A stretch of 64,000 bases of DNA from Bacteroidota bacterium (GTDB taxonomy: Bacteria > Bacteroidota > Bacteroidia > AKYH767-A > 2013-40CM-41-45), in contig JBMQEM010000023.1 in assembly GCA_049363815.1 (NCBI GenBank), positions 17,281-81,280 on the forward strand, given 5' to 3'. Under the pieces are notes generated by a model. That model worked only from the letters and a program-made list of their open reading frames with translations. It made no database searches and was not told the DNA's origin. A program made the translations under genes and the position numbers. Below are positions 36,926 through 47,129 of this stretch, in pieces. How positions within the stretch are numbered: the stretch's first letter is position 1; every line of letters starts with the position of its first letter.

Positions 36926-37393
36926 TTATCCTAGGCGTTTGTATTTGGTGCTGATGTAATCCAGAAAATCGGGTTCTTGTCCTTGCGAACGAATGATGGA
37001 TTGAATTTGTGCGCGATGATGGATAGAATGATAATTCAATTGAAGGGCTATGTCAACAATTCTGGCTTCCCATTTTGCACCATCATAGCCTGTGAACTGA
37101 ACTAGTTGGTTGATCTCTGTTTCTGATAATCCTTCCAGATAGGAAACCCACGAATCAACAGATTTTACCAATCTGCCATCCAGTTTTTCGAAGGCATAAA
37201 CAGGGGTCCACCAATCCATTTTCACCTGCTCCTCGTTTCCCAGAACTCTGGCCATCCACTTGTCCTGGGAATTGATCATATGACTGAAGAGTTTTATACA
37301 ATGTTCGGGCTCTGACAAAATCCTGATCTTGTTTAACAGACGTAAATTTGCTTGTTCATTGAAGCGAAAGGTATCGATCAGATATTGTTTCAT
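36926..37393 (-). CDS. DinB family protein
   Basis: 155 aa, four-helix pattern with a conserved His triad (HMINSQDKW ... LNYHSIHHRAQI). Confidence 0.72.
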   Translation of the reverse strand: MKQYLIDTFRFNEQANLRLLNKIRILSEPEHCIKLFSHMINSQDKWMARVLGNEEQVKMDWWTPVYAFEKLDGRLVKSVDSWVSYLEGLSETEINQLVQFTGYDGAKWEARIVDIALQLNYHSIHHRAQIQSIIRSQGQEPDFLDYISTKYKRLG

Positions 37394-37435
37394 TAAGATG
37401 GCGATTTGAATTTGAACTAATATAAAAACAAAATT

Positions 37436-38026
37436 TTATTTCCTGCAATAAATTTCCGATTCACTAACCGGATACTTTTTATTCAGGTCAACATCATTTT
37501 TGCTTTTTCTTCCCCAGGAAAATACTTTCTCGAAAAAAGGAAGCATCTTACTGTTTTCAATTTTACTCAGGAAATAAACTTCGTGTTCTTTTTCTTTTAT
37601 TCCCATTTCATAGAGAATTTCATCGTGCTCTGTAATTCCTATCTCATGAAAATAATGCATCATGCGGAAATATTCGCAGACATTTCCACTCTCCAGACTT
37701 CCGGCAAAATAAAATGGCATGAACCAACCAATAACATAACAACTTCCTGAAATGACTTTTCCGATTATGTGAAACTTGAATTCATTGAAACGGGAAACAG
37801 GAATATCATACTTCTGCATGATTTGTAAAACTTCCTTGCGGTGATTCCATTCATCAATTTCAATTTGACGGATAGCCTTTTTCTGTTCCGGATCTTTAAC
37901 CGAACCGGCATGACCCTGATATGCAAATGCTGCTGCCTTCTCGGCTGAATATGCCTGCTGTAAAAGTTTCGTAAGGCTTTATGTTCTATCTGCACGAATA
38001 TCTTGTCTAATCAAAATCGGAATCAT
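37436..38026 (-). pseudogene. Ferritin-like di-iron (COQ7-like) protein interrupted by an in-frame TAA at 37981-37979
   Basis: One reverse frame reads MIPILIRQDIRADRT*SLTKLLQQAYSAEKAAAFAYQGHAGSVKDPEQKKAIRQIEIDEWNHRKEVLQIMQKYD... No ATG/GTG/TTG lies between the stop and the first ExxH motif (EIDEWNH). The track ORF starting at MQKYD (37819) would lack that motif. Confidence 0.6.
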
Positions 38027-38075
38027 TAATTTCCGGGTAATCCATTTAATCCCGGTAAGATCACATGTGAATCCG

Positions 38076-38828
38076 TTAAACCTCAAACTTCGCCATCACC
38101 ACATTCTCTTTCATCAGCTTCACCAATGCTCCATCCTTTAAGATCGGAATCACTTCCGTCTGGTTTGGAGTAAGGCAATATTTAATGTCTTTTTTCAGAT
38201 TCAGTCTGGCAAGACGTTCTTTATGAGAAGCATGTGCAAGAAACTTGATCGGATCCTGTTCGGCTTGCTGATAAAGAAACTTCAAAGCCAGACAAGCATC
38301 GCCTAATTTGAATTCATCACTCAATTGAGTCAGTAATTCCGTAGCAGCACCGGCGAAAAGTGCATCTTCAAGATTGAATTTATTTTTCCAGCCGGAACAA
38401 AGCAATAAGATATTTTTCTTTTCACTTACCAGCCACTCGCAAAGTGCATTGATATTGAGAAACGAACCGACAACCACTTTATGCGCATTCTTAGCTGCTT
38501 CAATAGCCTGTGTTCCGTTGGTGGTAGTAATGACGATCGTTTTTCCTTTTACATCATCTCCCATATAACTGTAAGGAGAATTTCCGAAATCAAATCCTTC
38601 AACAGGAATTGCATCCCGCTCCGCTCCTACCAGGTAACCTTTTGCTTTCCACTGACGGGCTTCATCGACTGTTGCAACCGGGATCATTTTCTCTACTCCA
38701 AATTCAAAGGCTGTACAGATCGCTGATGTTGCACGGAAAATATCAATGATCACTACAATACTATCCGGAGTTTCATACACCGGATAGAGATGCGGAGAAA
38801 AACAAGCGTCAATTGATAACTTCGTCAT
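38076..38828 (-). CDS. comB: 2-phosphosulfolactate phosphatase family protein
   Basis: VVIIDIFRATSAI and NGT motifs typical of the ComB family. Confidence 0.78.
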   Translation of the reverse strand: MTKLSIDACFSPHLYPVYETPDSIVVIIDIFRATSAICTAFEFGVEKMIPVATVDEARQWKAKGYLVGAERDAIPVEGFDFGNSPYSYMGDDVKGKTIVITTTNGTQAIEAAKNAHKVVVGSFLNINALCEWLVSEKKNILLLCSGWKNKFNLEDALFAGAATELLTQLSDEFKLGDACLALKFLYQQAEQDPIKFLAHASHKERLARLNLKKDIKYCLTPNQTEVIPILKDGALVKLMKENVVMAKFEV

Positions 38829-38856
38829 AAATGTAATTCAAGAGTGAAAATAGAAA

Positions 38857-39960
38857 TTATTTCTTATAAAATGGTACTTTCACAACTTTTGCTTTTATGG
38901 CTTTATCACGGATATTGATAAAGATCTCACTTCCATCTTTTGAAAATTCAGGCTTTACATAAGCCATTCCAATCGCTTTTTGCAATGATGGTGACTGAGT
39001 TCCGCTGGTAACCTTACCAATAGTATTTCCATTAGCATCCTGGACAATATAATCATGACGAGGAATTCCACGGTCGATCATTTCAAATCCAACAAGTTTT
39101 CTTGTTACACCTTGCTCCTTTTGTTGCTTTAAAAGATTACTATCTGTAAATTCTTTTGTGAATTTTGTGATCCATCCTAAACCGGCTTCAATAGGAGATG
39201 TTGTATCATCAATATCGTTTCCATAAAGACAGAAACCCATTTCCAGACGTAAAGTATCCCGCGCCCCTAAACCAATTGGCTGAATATTGAATGGCTTCCC
39301 TGCTTCAAAAATTGCTTTCCAGATCTTTTCTGCCTGAGCATTTTCACAATAAATTTCAAATCCACCGGCACCCGTATATCCGGTTGCTGAAACAAGAATA
39401 TTTTTTTCTCCGGCGAAAATTCCTTTACTGAAGGTATAGTATTCCATATTCGCAAGATCCATATCTGTTAAGGACTGCAAAGCTTTCACTGCTAAAGGAC
39501 CCTGCACTGCAAATAAAGAGGTCTTATCAGATATGTTATGCATTTCAACATCCTTTGTATTATTCTTCTGCAGCCATTCCCAATCTTTATCAATATTAGA
39601 AGCATTCACAACAAGCATGTATGTTTTATCATCGATTCGATATACAAGCAGATCATCTACGATGCCGCCTTTTCCATTTGGGAAACAACTGTACTGCACT
39701 TTTCCATCAATCAGTTTAGAAGCATCGTTGCTGGTCACGCGCTGGATCAGATCCAGGGCATTCTCACCTTTCAGGATGAATTCACCCATATGGGACACAT
39801 CAAATACGCCAACACCGGTACGGACTGTTTCGTGTTCTACATTGATTCCAGCATACGATACAGGCATTAAATAGCCTGCAAAAGGAACCATTTTAGCGCC
39901 CAAACCAACATGAATATCGGTTAATGCTATGTTTTTTACTTGATTTTCAGTCATTTCCAT
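38857..39960 (-). CDS. gcvT: Glycine cleavage system aminomethyltransferase (T protein)
   Basis: [35 protein letters not shown]. The ATG at 39960 avoids overlap with the upstream gene. Confidence 0.93.
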   Translation of the reverse strand: MEMTENQVKNIALTDIHVGLGAKMVPFAGYLMPVSYAGINVEHETVRTGVGVFDVSHMGEFILKGENALDLIQRVTSNDASKLIDGKVQYSCFPNGKGGIVDDLLVYRIDDKTYMLVVNASNIDKDWEWLQKNNTKDVEMHNISDKTSLFAVQGPLAVKALQSLTDMDLANMEYYTFSKGIFAGEKNILVSATGYTGAGGFEIYCENAQAEKIWKAIFEAGKPFNIQPIGLGARDTLRLEMGFCLYGNDIDDTTSPIEAGLGWITKFTKEFTDSNLLKQQKEQGVTRKLVGFEMIDRGIPRHDYIVQDANGNTIGKVTSGTQSPSLQKAIGMAYVKPEFSKDGSEIFINIRDKAIKAKVVKVPFYKK

Positions 39961-39997
39961 CGGTTCGTTTTTTTTCTTGAGGTCAAGGTAATATAAG

Positions 39998-41086
39998 TTA
40001 TTTTGATGAATTAATAATATCATCAAAGTACTTCAGATAATTTTTTTCCTGGGAGGCAACAGAATAGTTTTCTACCACTGTTTTCCGACCGGATTGTCCA
40101 ATTTGATTTCGCAATTCAGTAGATTCAATCAGTGATGACAATTTCGTGATCCAGTCTTCTGTTGTCTCTGCCAGAAATCCATTTATTCCATCCTTTATTA
40201 TTTCCACATTGACACCAACAGGCGACATAATTGTTGGTATCCCCAGAGCCATATATTGCAGACCTTTCAAACCACATTTTCCTTTTGCCCATTCATCGTG
40301 TGGAAGTGGCATGATACCAATATCGAAAGTTGAAAGTTCTCTGATCTCTTCTTCTTTTTTCCAGCCGATTCCCTGAATCCCCAGTTCTTCATTTCTGTAT
40401 CCTGAATCACCGATCACTTTAAAATATACTCTGCTTCCATACTTTTTTTTGATCTCTTTTAGAAAAGGAATGGCATATTCAAAATGCTTGATCGTTGTCA
40501 TACTTCCACTCCATCCAATACATAAAGCCTGTTGATTATTCAGGTTTAAATTCCTGTATTCATTTGTATCAATGGTAGTCGGGACAATTACAACTGCATC
40601 GTTGAATTTCTTTGCATAGTCTGCGAGATATTGATTTCCGGCGAAGATCAGATCAGCCATGGCTATGATCCTTCCGGTTTTCTCCGGCGACTTTAACCAG
40701 CTCAGTTTTTTATTTGCATCCGACACATTATGGATCCAGATTGAATCATCGAAATCGAAAATCAATTTTGCTTTTGTCCTTTTATATAACCGTTCGAAAA
40801 TAGTTGTCCCGGTCATAAAAGCTTCCCTATGGACAAAAATAATATCGTAATTATAATACCTGATAAATTCAAAGAGTCGTTTAGCAAAACTTCTCAGGAA
40901 AATATAGGCTTTAAAAGGAAAGCTGCCGGGATTATAAAAATGCTTCTCGTCATTCTCAGAAATGATACATGACTGATGACAATGATAACCGTTCTTTTCC
41001 AGGAAATCGATGTATTGCTCAAAACGAAATCGTTGACTTGGCGATCGATCCGGGCGATGTGCCGCAATAAATAATATTCGTTTCAT
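39998..41086 (-). CDS. Glycosyltransferase family 4 (GT-B)
   Basis: C-terminal [35 protein letters not shown] (EX7E region). Confidence 0.85.
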   Translation of the reverse strand: MKRILFIAAHRPDRSPSQRFRFEQYIDFLEKNGYHCHQSCIISENDEKHFYNPGSFPFKAYIFLRSFAKRLFEFIRYYNYDIIFVHREAFMTGTTIFERLYKRTKAKLIFDFDDSIWIHNVSDANKKLSWLKSPEKTGRIIAMADLIFAGNQYLADYAKKFNDAVVIVPTTIDTNEYRNLNLNNQQALCIGWSGSMTTIKHFEYAIPFLKEIKKKYGSRVYFKVIGDSGYRNEELGIQGIGWKKEEEIRELSTFDIGIMPLPHDEWAKGKCGLKGLQYMALGIPTIMSPVGVNVEIIKDGINGFLAETTEDWITKLSSLIESTELRNQIGQSGRKTVVENYSVASQEKNYLKYFDDIINSSK

Positions 41087-41088
41087 CG

Positions 41089-42087
41089 TTAATCTTCAAG
41101 CCAGACAGAAGGAAGGTTCTTTAATATCTCAATGTTCTCAAACTTTTTGCTCTTCCTGCTTCCAGCATTCTTAGCCCAGTCAGCCATTTTAAACAATCCA
41201 TCCCTTAACGATATAGTGGAGTCAATTTTAAAAACTTGTTTCGCTTTGTCATGATTTGCGTAGGCATGAACAACTTCATTCCTGGGAGGAAGGTGATTCA
41301 ACTTGCTACGTAATCCCATTGCTTCCATAACTGTTTCTGCAAGTTCGCGTACTGTGAATTCTGTATCAGCACCGATATTGAATATCTGGTTTCTCGCTTC
41401 CGGAATATGTACGGATCTTGCAATGTGCGGGGCAACATCACCAATATATGAAAAGGCTCTAGTTTGCTCGCCATCTCCAAAAACGGTAAGAGGTTTATCC
41501 TGCAATAACTGATTCATAAAAATACCTACTACATTCCTGTATTTATCACCCATGTTCTGATATTCTCCATAAACATTATGCGGACGGAAGATAATATAAT
41601 CCAGACCAAACATTTCATGGGTAGTTTTCAGGTCCTGTTCAACAGCAAGTTTGGCGATTCCATATGGATCTTCCGGCAAAGGGATAGTCGTTTCTTTCAT
41701 CGGTGGCGCCGCTGCACCATAAACTGCAATCGATGATGTAAAAACAAAACACTTCACTTCATTTTTCACAGATTCATTTATCAGATTAATACTTCCAATA
41801 AGATTATTCTCATAATTGAACCGCTTAATAAAATGACTTAGTCCTTCAGCAGCGTAAGCAGCCAGATGGTAGACATAATCAAATTTATTTTCGGAAAATA
41901 TTCTTTCAACCAGTTTTGAATCAATGATACTTCCCTTAATAAATTTTGCCTTTGGATTAATGTTCTCTGTAAATCCACCACTCAAATCATCTAAAACCCA
42001 TACATCATGTCCAAGACCGACCAATTCATTTACAACATGCGCACCAATAAAACCGGCCCCACCGGTCACCAAAGATTTAGGATTCAT
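41089..42087 (-). CDS. NAD-dependent epimerase/dehydratase (UDP-sugar 4-epimerase-like)
   Basis: VTGGAGFIGAH Rossmann motif, catalytic YGIAK. Confidence 0.9.
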   Translation of the reverse strand: MNPKSLVTGGAGFIGAHVVNELVGLGHDVWVLDDLSGGFTENINPKAKFIKGSIIDSKLVERIFSENKFDYVYHLAAYAAEGLSHFIKRFNYENNLIGSINLINESVKNEVKCFVFTSSIAVYGAAAPPMKETTIPLPEDPYGIAKLAVEQDLKTTHEMFGLDYIIFRPHNVYGEYQNMGDKYRNVVGIFMNQLLQDKPLTVFGDGEQTRAFSYIGDVAPHIARSVHIPEARNQIFNIGADTEFTVRELAETVMEAMGLRSKLNHLPPRNEVVHAYANHDKAKQVFKIDSTISLRDGLFKMADWAKNAGSRKSKKFENIEILKNLPSVWLED

Positions 42088-42162
42088 TTTTTACGTTTAT
42101 GAGTGCAAAATAGCAAAAAGTTTGAGTACTAAATACTATATACTTTGTAATGTTATTAAACA

Positions 42163-42170
42163 TATATTTG
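42163..42170 (+). promoter_or_regulatory. -7 box candidate TATATTTG for the CapD-like gene
   Basis: Exact TAnnTTTG match 23 nt before the ATG at 42193. Overlaps the second TTTGAGTACT repeat. Confidence 0.45.
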
Positions 42171-42192
42171 AGTACTCGGAAACAAAAACAGG

Positions 42193-44064
42193 ATGGCTTT
42201 TCAATTTTCAGACAGGAATACACCCAGGTGGATCATTTTTGCAATAGATCTATGTATATGTTTGGGTTCGTTAATGTTAGCATATCAGCTCCGCTTCAAT
42301 TTCAGGGTTCCTGAGGTTGAGATTGCCTTGTGGAAGTATGCCTTCACAACAGTCATTGTTACCAGAGTCATCAGCTTTCTTATTTCCCGGATCTATCAGG
42401 GAATTATCCGCTACACCAGTACAAGAGATGCGCTCCGTGTGTTTTATACGATCACTATCGGTAGCATTTCAATGGGTCTGATGAATGTCATTTCCTATTA
42501 TTCTATTGGAATTTATCTCGTCCCTTTCTCGGTTCTCATCATCGATTATTTCGCTTCTGTTTTCTCAATTACTGCTTTCAGAATTCTCGTAAAAACTATT
42601 TACCAGGAACTCAAGAACCCTACCCGTGATAAACAACTGGTCATCATTTATGGCGCAGGTGAATCCGGCCTGATCACAAAACGGGCGATTGACAGGGATG
42701 CCAATACACGTTTTAAGGTTACAGCTTTTATAGATGACGATCAAGCAAAAGAAGGTAAGACCGTGGAAGGAATCAGGATCTTTCATACCTCCGAACTGGA
42801 TCAGTTGCTGATGGCAAATAATATAGCACATCTCATTATCAGTATCCAGAATGTTTCTTCTGACAAGAAGCAAATTATTATCGAAAAATGTCTTGCTCAT
42901 GATGTACATATTCTGAATGTACCTCCGGTTACATCATGGATCAATGGTGAGTTAAGTTTTAAACAGATCAAAAAAGTAAAGATTGAAGATCTGCTGGAAA
43001 GAGAGCCTATCCGGCTTGACCTTGATATTATCAGAAAACAACTGACCGACAAAACAATTCTGATCACAGGTGGCGCGGGTTCGATTGGAAGTGAGATTGC
43101 ACGTCAGATCATTCCTTTCAAGCCGAAAAGTCTGATCATACTTGATCAGGCGGAATCTCCCTTGTATGACCTGGAACTTGAACTGAATGAAAATTATCAC
43201 TGGAAAAATTTTGAAACTGTTATCGCTGATATCCGACAATACGACCGGATGGAACGCGTATTCAATTTCTTCAGACCGGATGTAGTATTTCATGCGGCCG
43301 CATATAAACATGTTCCGGTCATGGAATCAAATCCATCGGAAGCCATACTGACCAACGTACAAGGGACAAAGATCCTTGCTGATCTTTCCGGAAAATACAA
43401 GGTCGAGAAATTTGTAATGGTAAGCACGGATAAAGCTGTTAATCCTACGTCTATTATGGGTGCTACCAAAAGAATTGCTGAGATCTATTGTCAGTCTTTA
43501 AACAAAGTCGGCCAGACCAAGTTCATTACTACCCGATTCGGAAATGTTCTTGATTCAAATGGTTCTGTAATTCCCCGCTTTAAGCGTCAGGTTGATGAAG
43601 GCGGACCGATCACAGTGACTCATCCGGATATTGAAAGGTTTTTCATGACCATCCCTGAAGCGTGTCAGTTGGTTCTGGAAGCCGGAGCAATGGGTAATGG
43701 CGGAGAGATCTTTATTTTCGATATGGGTAAAAGTATCCGGATCGTTGATCTGGCTAAAAAGATGATCAAGCTTTCCGGACTGACACTGGGAAAAGATATT
43801 CAGATAATCTACACAGGGCTTCGTCCCGGTGAAAAGATCTTCGAAGAACTTCTGGCAAATAAAGAAACAACCTTACCAACTCATCACTCAAAGATCATGA
43901 TCGCAAAAGTCCGCGAATATGATTTCCCTACCATCGAAAAAGAAATTTCCGATCTGATCGATCTGTTCAAATTGCAGAACAATGAGATCATCGTCAGGAA
44001 AATGAAAGATATTGTACCGGAATATATTTCCGCAAATTCACAATTTGAAAAACTCGACAGTTAA
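42193..44064 (+). CDS. Membrane-anchored polysaccharide biosynthesis protein CapD/PglF-like (nucleotide-sugar 4,6-dehydratase)
   Basis: Four N-terminal TM helices, ITGGAGSIGSEI, MVSTDKAVNPTSIMGATKRIAE. Confidence 0.9.
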   Translation: MAFQFSDRNTPRWIIFAIDLCICLGSLMLAYQLRFNFRVPEVEIALWKYAFTTVIVTRVISFLISRIYQGIIRYTSTRDALRVFYTITIGSISMGLMNVISYYSIGIYLVPFSVLIIDYFASVFSITAFRILVKTIYQELKNPTRDKQLVIIYGAGESGLITKRAIDRDANTRFKVTAFIDDDQAKEGKTVEGIRIFHTSELDQLLMANNIAHLIISIQNVSSDKKQIIIEKCLAHDVHILNVPPVTSWINGELSFKQIKKVKIEDLLEREPIRLDLDIIRKQLTDKTILITGGAGSIGSEIARQIIPFKPKSLIILDQAESPLYDLELELNENYHWKNFETVIADIRQYDRMERVFNFFRPDVVFHAAAYKHVPVMESNPSEAILTNVQGTKILADLSGKYKVEKFVMVSTDKAVNPTSIMGATKRIAEIYCQSLNKVGQTKFITTRFGNVLDSNGSVIPRFKRQVDEGGPITVTHPDIERFFMTIPEACQLVLEAGAMGNGGEIFIFDMGKSIRIVDLAKKMIKLSGLTLGKDIQIIYTGLRPGEKIFEELLANKETTLPTHHSKIMIAKVREYDFPTIEKEISDLIDLFKLQNNEIIVRKMKDIVPEYISANSQFEKLDS

Positions 44065-44065
44065 T

Positions 44066-44485
44066 ATGATAAAGTCATTAGAAAAAATCTCAAAAGTCAA
44101 TATCCGGTTTTCCGACCTGGATCTGTTCGGACATGTTAACAATGCCGTTTACCTTACTTACTTCGAAGAGGCAAGAGTTGCCTATTTCAATGAAGTCGTT
44201 GGTTACGATTACGACTGGTCAACTGAAGGTGTAATCCTTGCCCGCTTTGAAATTGATTTTATTATTCCTGTCCATTTCAAGGATGAAGTGTATATCCGAA
44301 CCAGCTGCTGCCGCATGGGAAATAAAAGTTTCGACCTTGCTTACGAATTGTTTTTAATTAAAGAAGAAAAAGAAATCATGCTTGCTTCAGCAACGAGTGT
44401 AATGGTGATGTACAATTACAAAGAGAAGAAATCGATTTTGGTTTCGGAGGAATGGAAAGTTAAACTAATAACTAATAACGAATAA
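44066..44485 (+). CDS. Acyl-CoA thioesterase, 4HBT (YbgC-like) hotdog fold
   Basis: RFSDLDLFGHVNNAVYLTYFEEAR. The ATG at 44066 follows the upstream TAA directly. Confidence 0.8.
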   Translation: MIKSLEKISKVNIRFSDLDLFGHVNNAVYLTYFEEARVAYFNEVVGYDYDWSTEGVILARFEIDFIIPVHFKDEVYIRTSCCRMGNKSFDLAYELFLIKEEKEIMLASATSVMVMYNYKEKKSILVSEEWKVKLITNNE

Positions 44486-44508
44486 CGAATAATTAAAACG
44501 GCAACCAA

Positions 44509-45090
44509 CTAGCCGTGAATGGTTTCTTTTTGTCCGTACTTTTTAATGATCTCTGCTTCGAATGCGAGGAATTCCTGCCACCTTGCTTCTACATCGATTC
44601 CATTTGCATATTGTCTGGCAAACTTTAAGAATGTTGTATAATGTCCGGCTTCGCTTACCATGAGCCTATGATAAAATTCCCTGAGATCAGCATCATTAAT
44701 ATTTTCAGAAAGCACCTTGAAACGTTCACAGCTCCTCGCCTCTACCAAAGCTGAGAAAAGAAGTTTATCGACAAGCACATAATTTTTTGTGTACCCTTTT
44801 CTGATAAAAGAATTCAGCTCAAATACATATTCATCTCGACGTTCTCGACCAAGTTCATAGCCTCTGGCCTTTATCTTTTCATGAACTTCCTGAAAATGTT
44901 CCAACTCTTCTTTAGCCAATTCAAGCATTGCATCTACCAGTTCGGTGCATTCCGGAAAATGTACGATGAGGTTGATCGCATTTGTACTGGCTTTCTGCTC
45001 ACAATAGGCATGATCGGTCAGGATCTCTGAAATGTTCTTCTCTACAATATTGACCCACCGTGGATCTGTCGGTAATTTTAATCCTAACAT
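44509..45090 (-). CDS. miaE: tRNA-(ms2io6A)-hydroxylase MiaE-like ferritin-fold protein
   Basis: LKLPTDPRWVNIVEKNISEILTDHAYCEQKA plus EELEHF and SEAGHY di-iron motifs. Start set at the ATG at 45090. Confidence 0.72.
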   Translation of the reverse strand: MLGLKLPTDPRWVNIVEKNISEILTDHAYCEQKASTNAINLIVHFPECTELVDAMLELAKEELEHFQEVHEKIKARGYELGRERRDEYVFELNSFIRKGYTKNYVLVDKLLFSALVEARSCERFKVLSENINDADLREFYHRLMVSEAGHYTTFLKFARQYANGIDVEARWQEFLAFEAEIIKKYGQKETIHG

Positions 45091-45230
45091 AACTTCTTCG
45101 CTCAAAAAATGGCTTTCAAAGATAGTAAGAATTAGAGATTTGTTAAATCTATTCACCCCTTCAAAACTGAATTTTATCATTAAATGCAAGGATTTTACCC
45201 GCTTTACTATGCTTTAAAGAATTACAATCG

Positions 45231-45238
45231 TACATTTG
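45231..45238 (+). promoter_or_regulatory. -7 box candidate TACATTTG
   Basis: Exact TAnnTTTG match 12 nt before the ATG at 45250. Confidence 0.4.
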
Positions 45239-45249
45239 TATATAGCAAA

Positions 45250-45726
45250 ATGTCAGCACTAGTAGTATACGGCAACCGACTTAGTATCCAGGTAACTAAG
45301 GAATTCAAGCAATTGGTCAATATTTCCATTGCTGCCGGTAAGTTCATACTGATTCACCCTCATTATGACCTTATCCGTGAAGCCATGCGCCTGGATATGC
45401 TGGAAGATGGTTTTCTGGAAGAATTTGAAGTGCATAACTGGCAATACGAAGTCGGTGAAATGATCACATTCGAATTCGAAGAAGTCCTGTTTTTTTATGC
45501 CTTACTCGATGTCAGTTGCCGGATTTTTCTTTGTGAGATCGGAGATGATCTCAAAACAATGGCAATTGAAAGCGGCGAAACCAACGACGAAGAATTTGTT
45601 CGCGTGAGAAGTTTTTATTTAGTTCAGGCAGAAGATTTCATCCAGCAGATCAGAGATGCTTTTAAAAACAATCCTGAATTTAAAGAGTTACAAGGCAAGG
45701 TTGAGCAGCTCAATAGCCTGGCTTGA
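45250..45726 (+). CDS. Hypothetical acidic cytoplasmic protein
   Basis: 158-aa ORF from the ATG at 45250, preceded by a TACATTTG -7 box at 45231-45238. No family recognised. Confidence 0.55.
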   Translation: MSALVVYGNRLSIQVTKEFKQLVNISIAAGKFILIHPHYDLIREAMRLDMLEDGFLEEFEVHNWQYEVGEMITFEFEEVLFFYALLDVSCRIFLCEIGDDLKTMAIESGETNDEEFVRVRSFYLVQAEDFIQQIRDAFKNNPEFKELQGKVEQLNSLA

Positions 45727-45742
45727 AAGAAACATTTTTTTC

Positions 45743-45795
45743 GTTTCAAGTTTAGTACGTAAGCAACAGCTAACCTGCTACCTGAAACCTGCAAA
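45743..45795. repeat. Adjacent heptad arrays (GTTTnnn x2, ACCTGnn x3)
   Basis: gtttcaa gtttagt ... acctgct acctgaa acctgca. GTTTCA/TGAAAC are 6-bp complementary. Sits in a convergent gene gap. Confidence 0.6.
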
Positions 45796-45800
45796 TTTGA

Positions 45801-46913
45801 TCAGACAATAACCTCACTCGGATGTGGCATGGTTCCAAATTTTTTCAATGCAACAAGATGTGACTTCATTGCTTTGAAGAATGTTTCATTTACCATATAG
45901 GGTACATTAAATTCCCTGGCAGTCTGTTCCACAATTTTTGCAATTTCAGGGTAATGGACATGACAAATACGCGGGAAAAGATGATGTTCTATCTGAAAGT
46001 TCAGTCCACCAACATACCACGAGATCCATTTACTCTTTGGTGAAAAATCGACTGTTGTATTCATCTGATGAACTGCCCAGTCGTTTTCAATTGTATTTTC
46101 TTCGTTGGGTAAAGGATGAGTAGTACCTTCCACAGTATGTGCCATCTGGAAAACAAAACTCAGAATCACTCCTTCCAGGAAATGCATGAGGAAAAATCCA
46201 ATCAGGACCTGATAGAATGGAATGCTGAAGAATAATGTCGGGACAACAAGCAGAGTAAAAATATAAGCGATCTTGAAAAGGCTGATCTTTAAGACGGCTA
46301 GAATTGTTTCTTTTTTATTCAATGGACTGACCCCATTTTTTGAGAATTGAAAGAGCTGAATCAGATCTTTAAGGAATACCCAATATGCGGTAAGCAATCC
46401 ATAGAAAAAGAAAACATAAAGTGGTTGAAATTTATGATACCATTTCACTTTTGAATGCGGAGAAAACTTGAGTACAAGCCTGTCTGCAATGTCTTCATCC
46501 ATACCGGAAATATTGGTATAGGTATGATGTAAAATGTTGTGTTGAAGTTTCCAGTTATGCACAGAACCTCCGGCCAGATTCAAGGAATGTCCCACAACAT
46601 AGTTGACAGTATCGTTAGATGAATAAGCGCCATGATTGGCATCATGCATAACACTCATACCTATTCCTGCTACTGAGATTCCCATTATCGTCCATAAGAT
46701 CAAACTCGCCGGAAATGGCACATTGAATATCAATAATGCAATAAACGGGAATATGTATCCGGCAAGCAGAATAAATGTTTTGATCACCATTGAAGCATTC
46801 GCATGCTTCGATAAATTGTTTCTCTCAAAATACTCGTCAACTCTTTGTTTTAAGGTAGGAAAAAACTTTGCTTTGTCCTGACTAATAAATTTTACTTTTC
46901 CTTTGATTTTCAT
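45801..46913 (-). CDS. Membrane fatty acid desaturase
   Basis: Histidine boxes HDANHG, HNILHH, QIEHHLFP. Multiple TM helices. Confidence 0.88.
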   Translation of the reverse strand: MKIKGKVKFISQDKAKFFPTLKQRVDEYFERNNLSKHANASMVIKTFILLAGYIFPFIALLIFNVPFPASLILWTIMGISVAGIGMSVMHDANHGAYSSNDTVNYVVGHSLNLAGGSVHNWKLQHNILHHTYTNISGMDEDIADRLVLKFSPHSKVKWYHKFQPLYVFFFYGLLTAYWVFLKDLIQLFQFSKNGVSPLNKKETILAVLKISLFKIAYIFTLLVVPTLFFSIPFYQVLIGFFLMHFLEGVILSFVFQMAHTVEGTTHPLPNEENTIENDWAVHQMNTTVDFSPKSKWISWYVGGLNFQIEHHLFPRICHVHYPEIAKIVEQTAREFNVPYMVNETFFKAMKSHLVALKKFGTMPHPSEVIV

Positions 46914-47129
46914 TCAGAATTTTTTGTGGTGTCGGAAAGAGTGACGCAACACTGATTCTGAAACTACCTGTAAATAGAATTAACTGTGCTAAAGTTAATC
47001 AATTTAGATGGAGCAACTTTCGAGCCGAAATTTAATTATCAACTTTATTGAATAAGTGCAATATTTACTTTGTATCGATCATTTCATCCTTAGAATAAAA
47101 CAAAAGTCATATAATAAAGTTTTAATCTA

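Noticed and set aside
37765-37995. 76-aa track ORF upstream of the ferritin-like ORF
   Set aside because: It lies in a different frame from the conserved ferritin-like reading frame, has a basic low-complexity translation and uses a non-ATG start. The in-frame-stop interpretation explains it.
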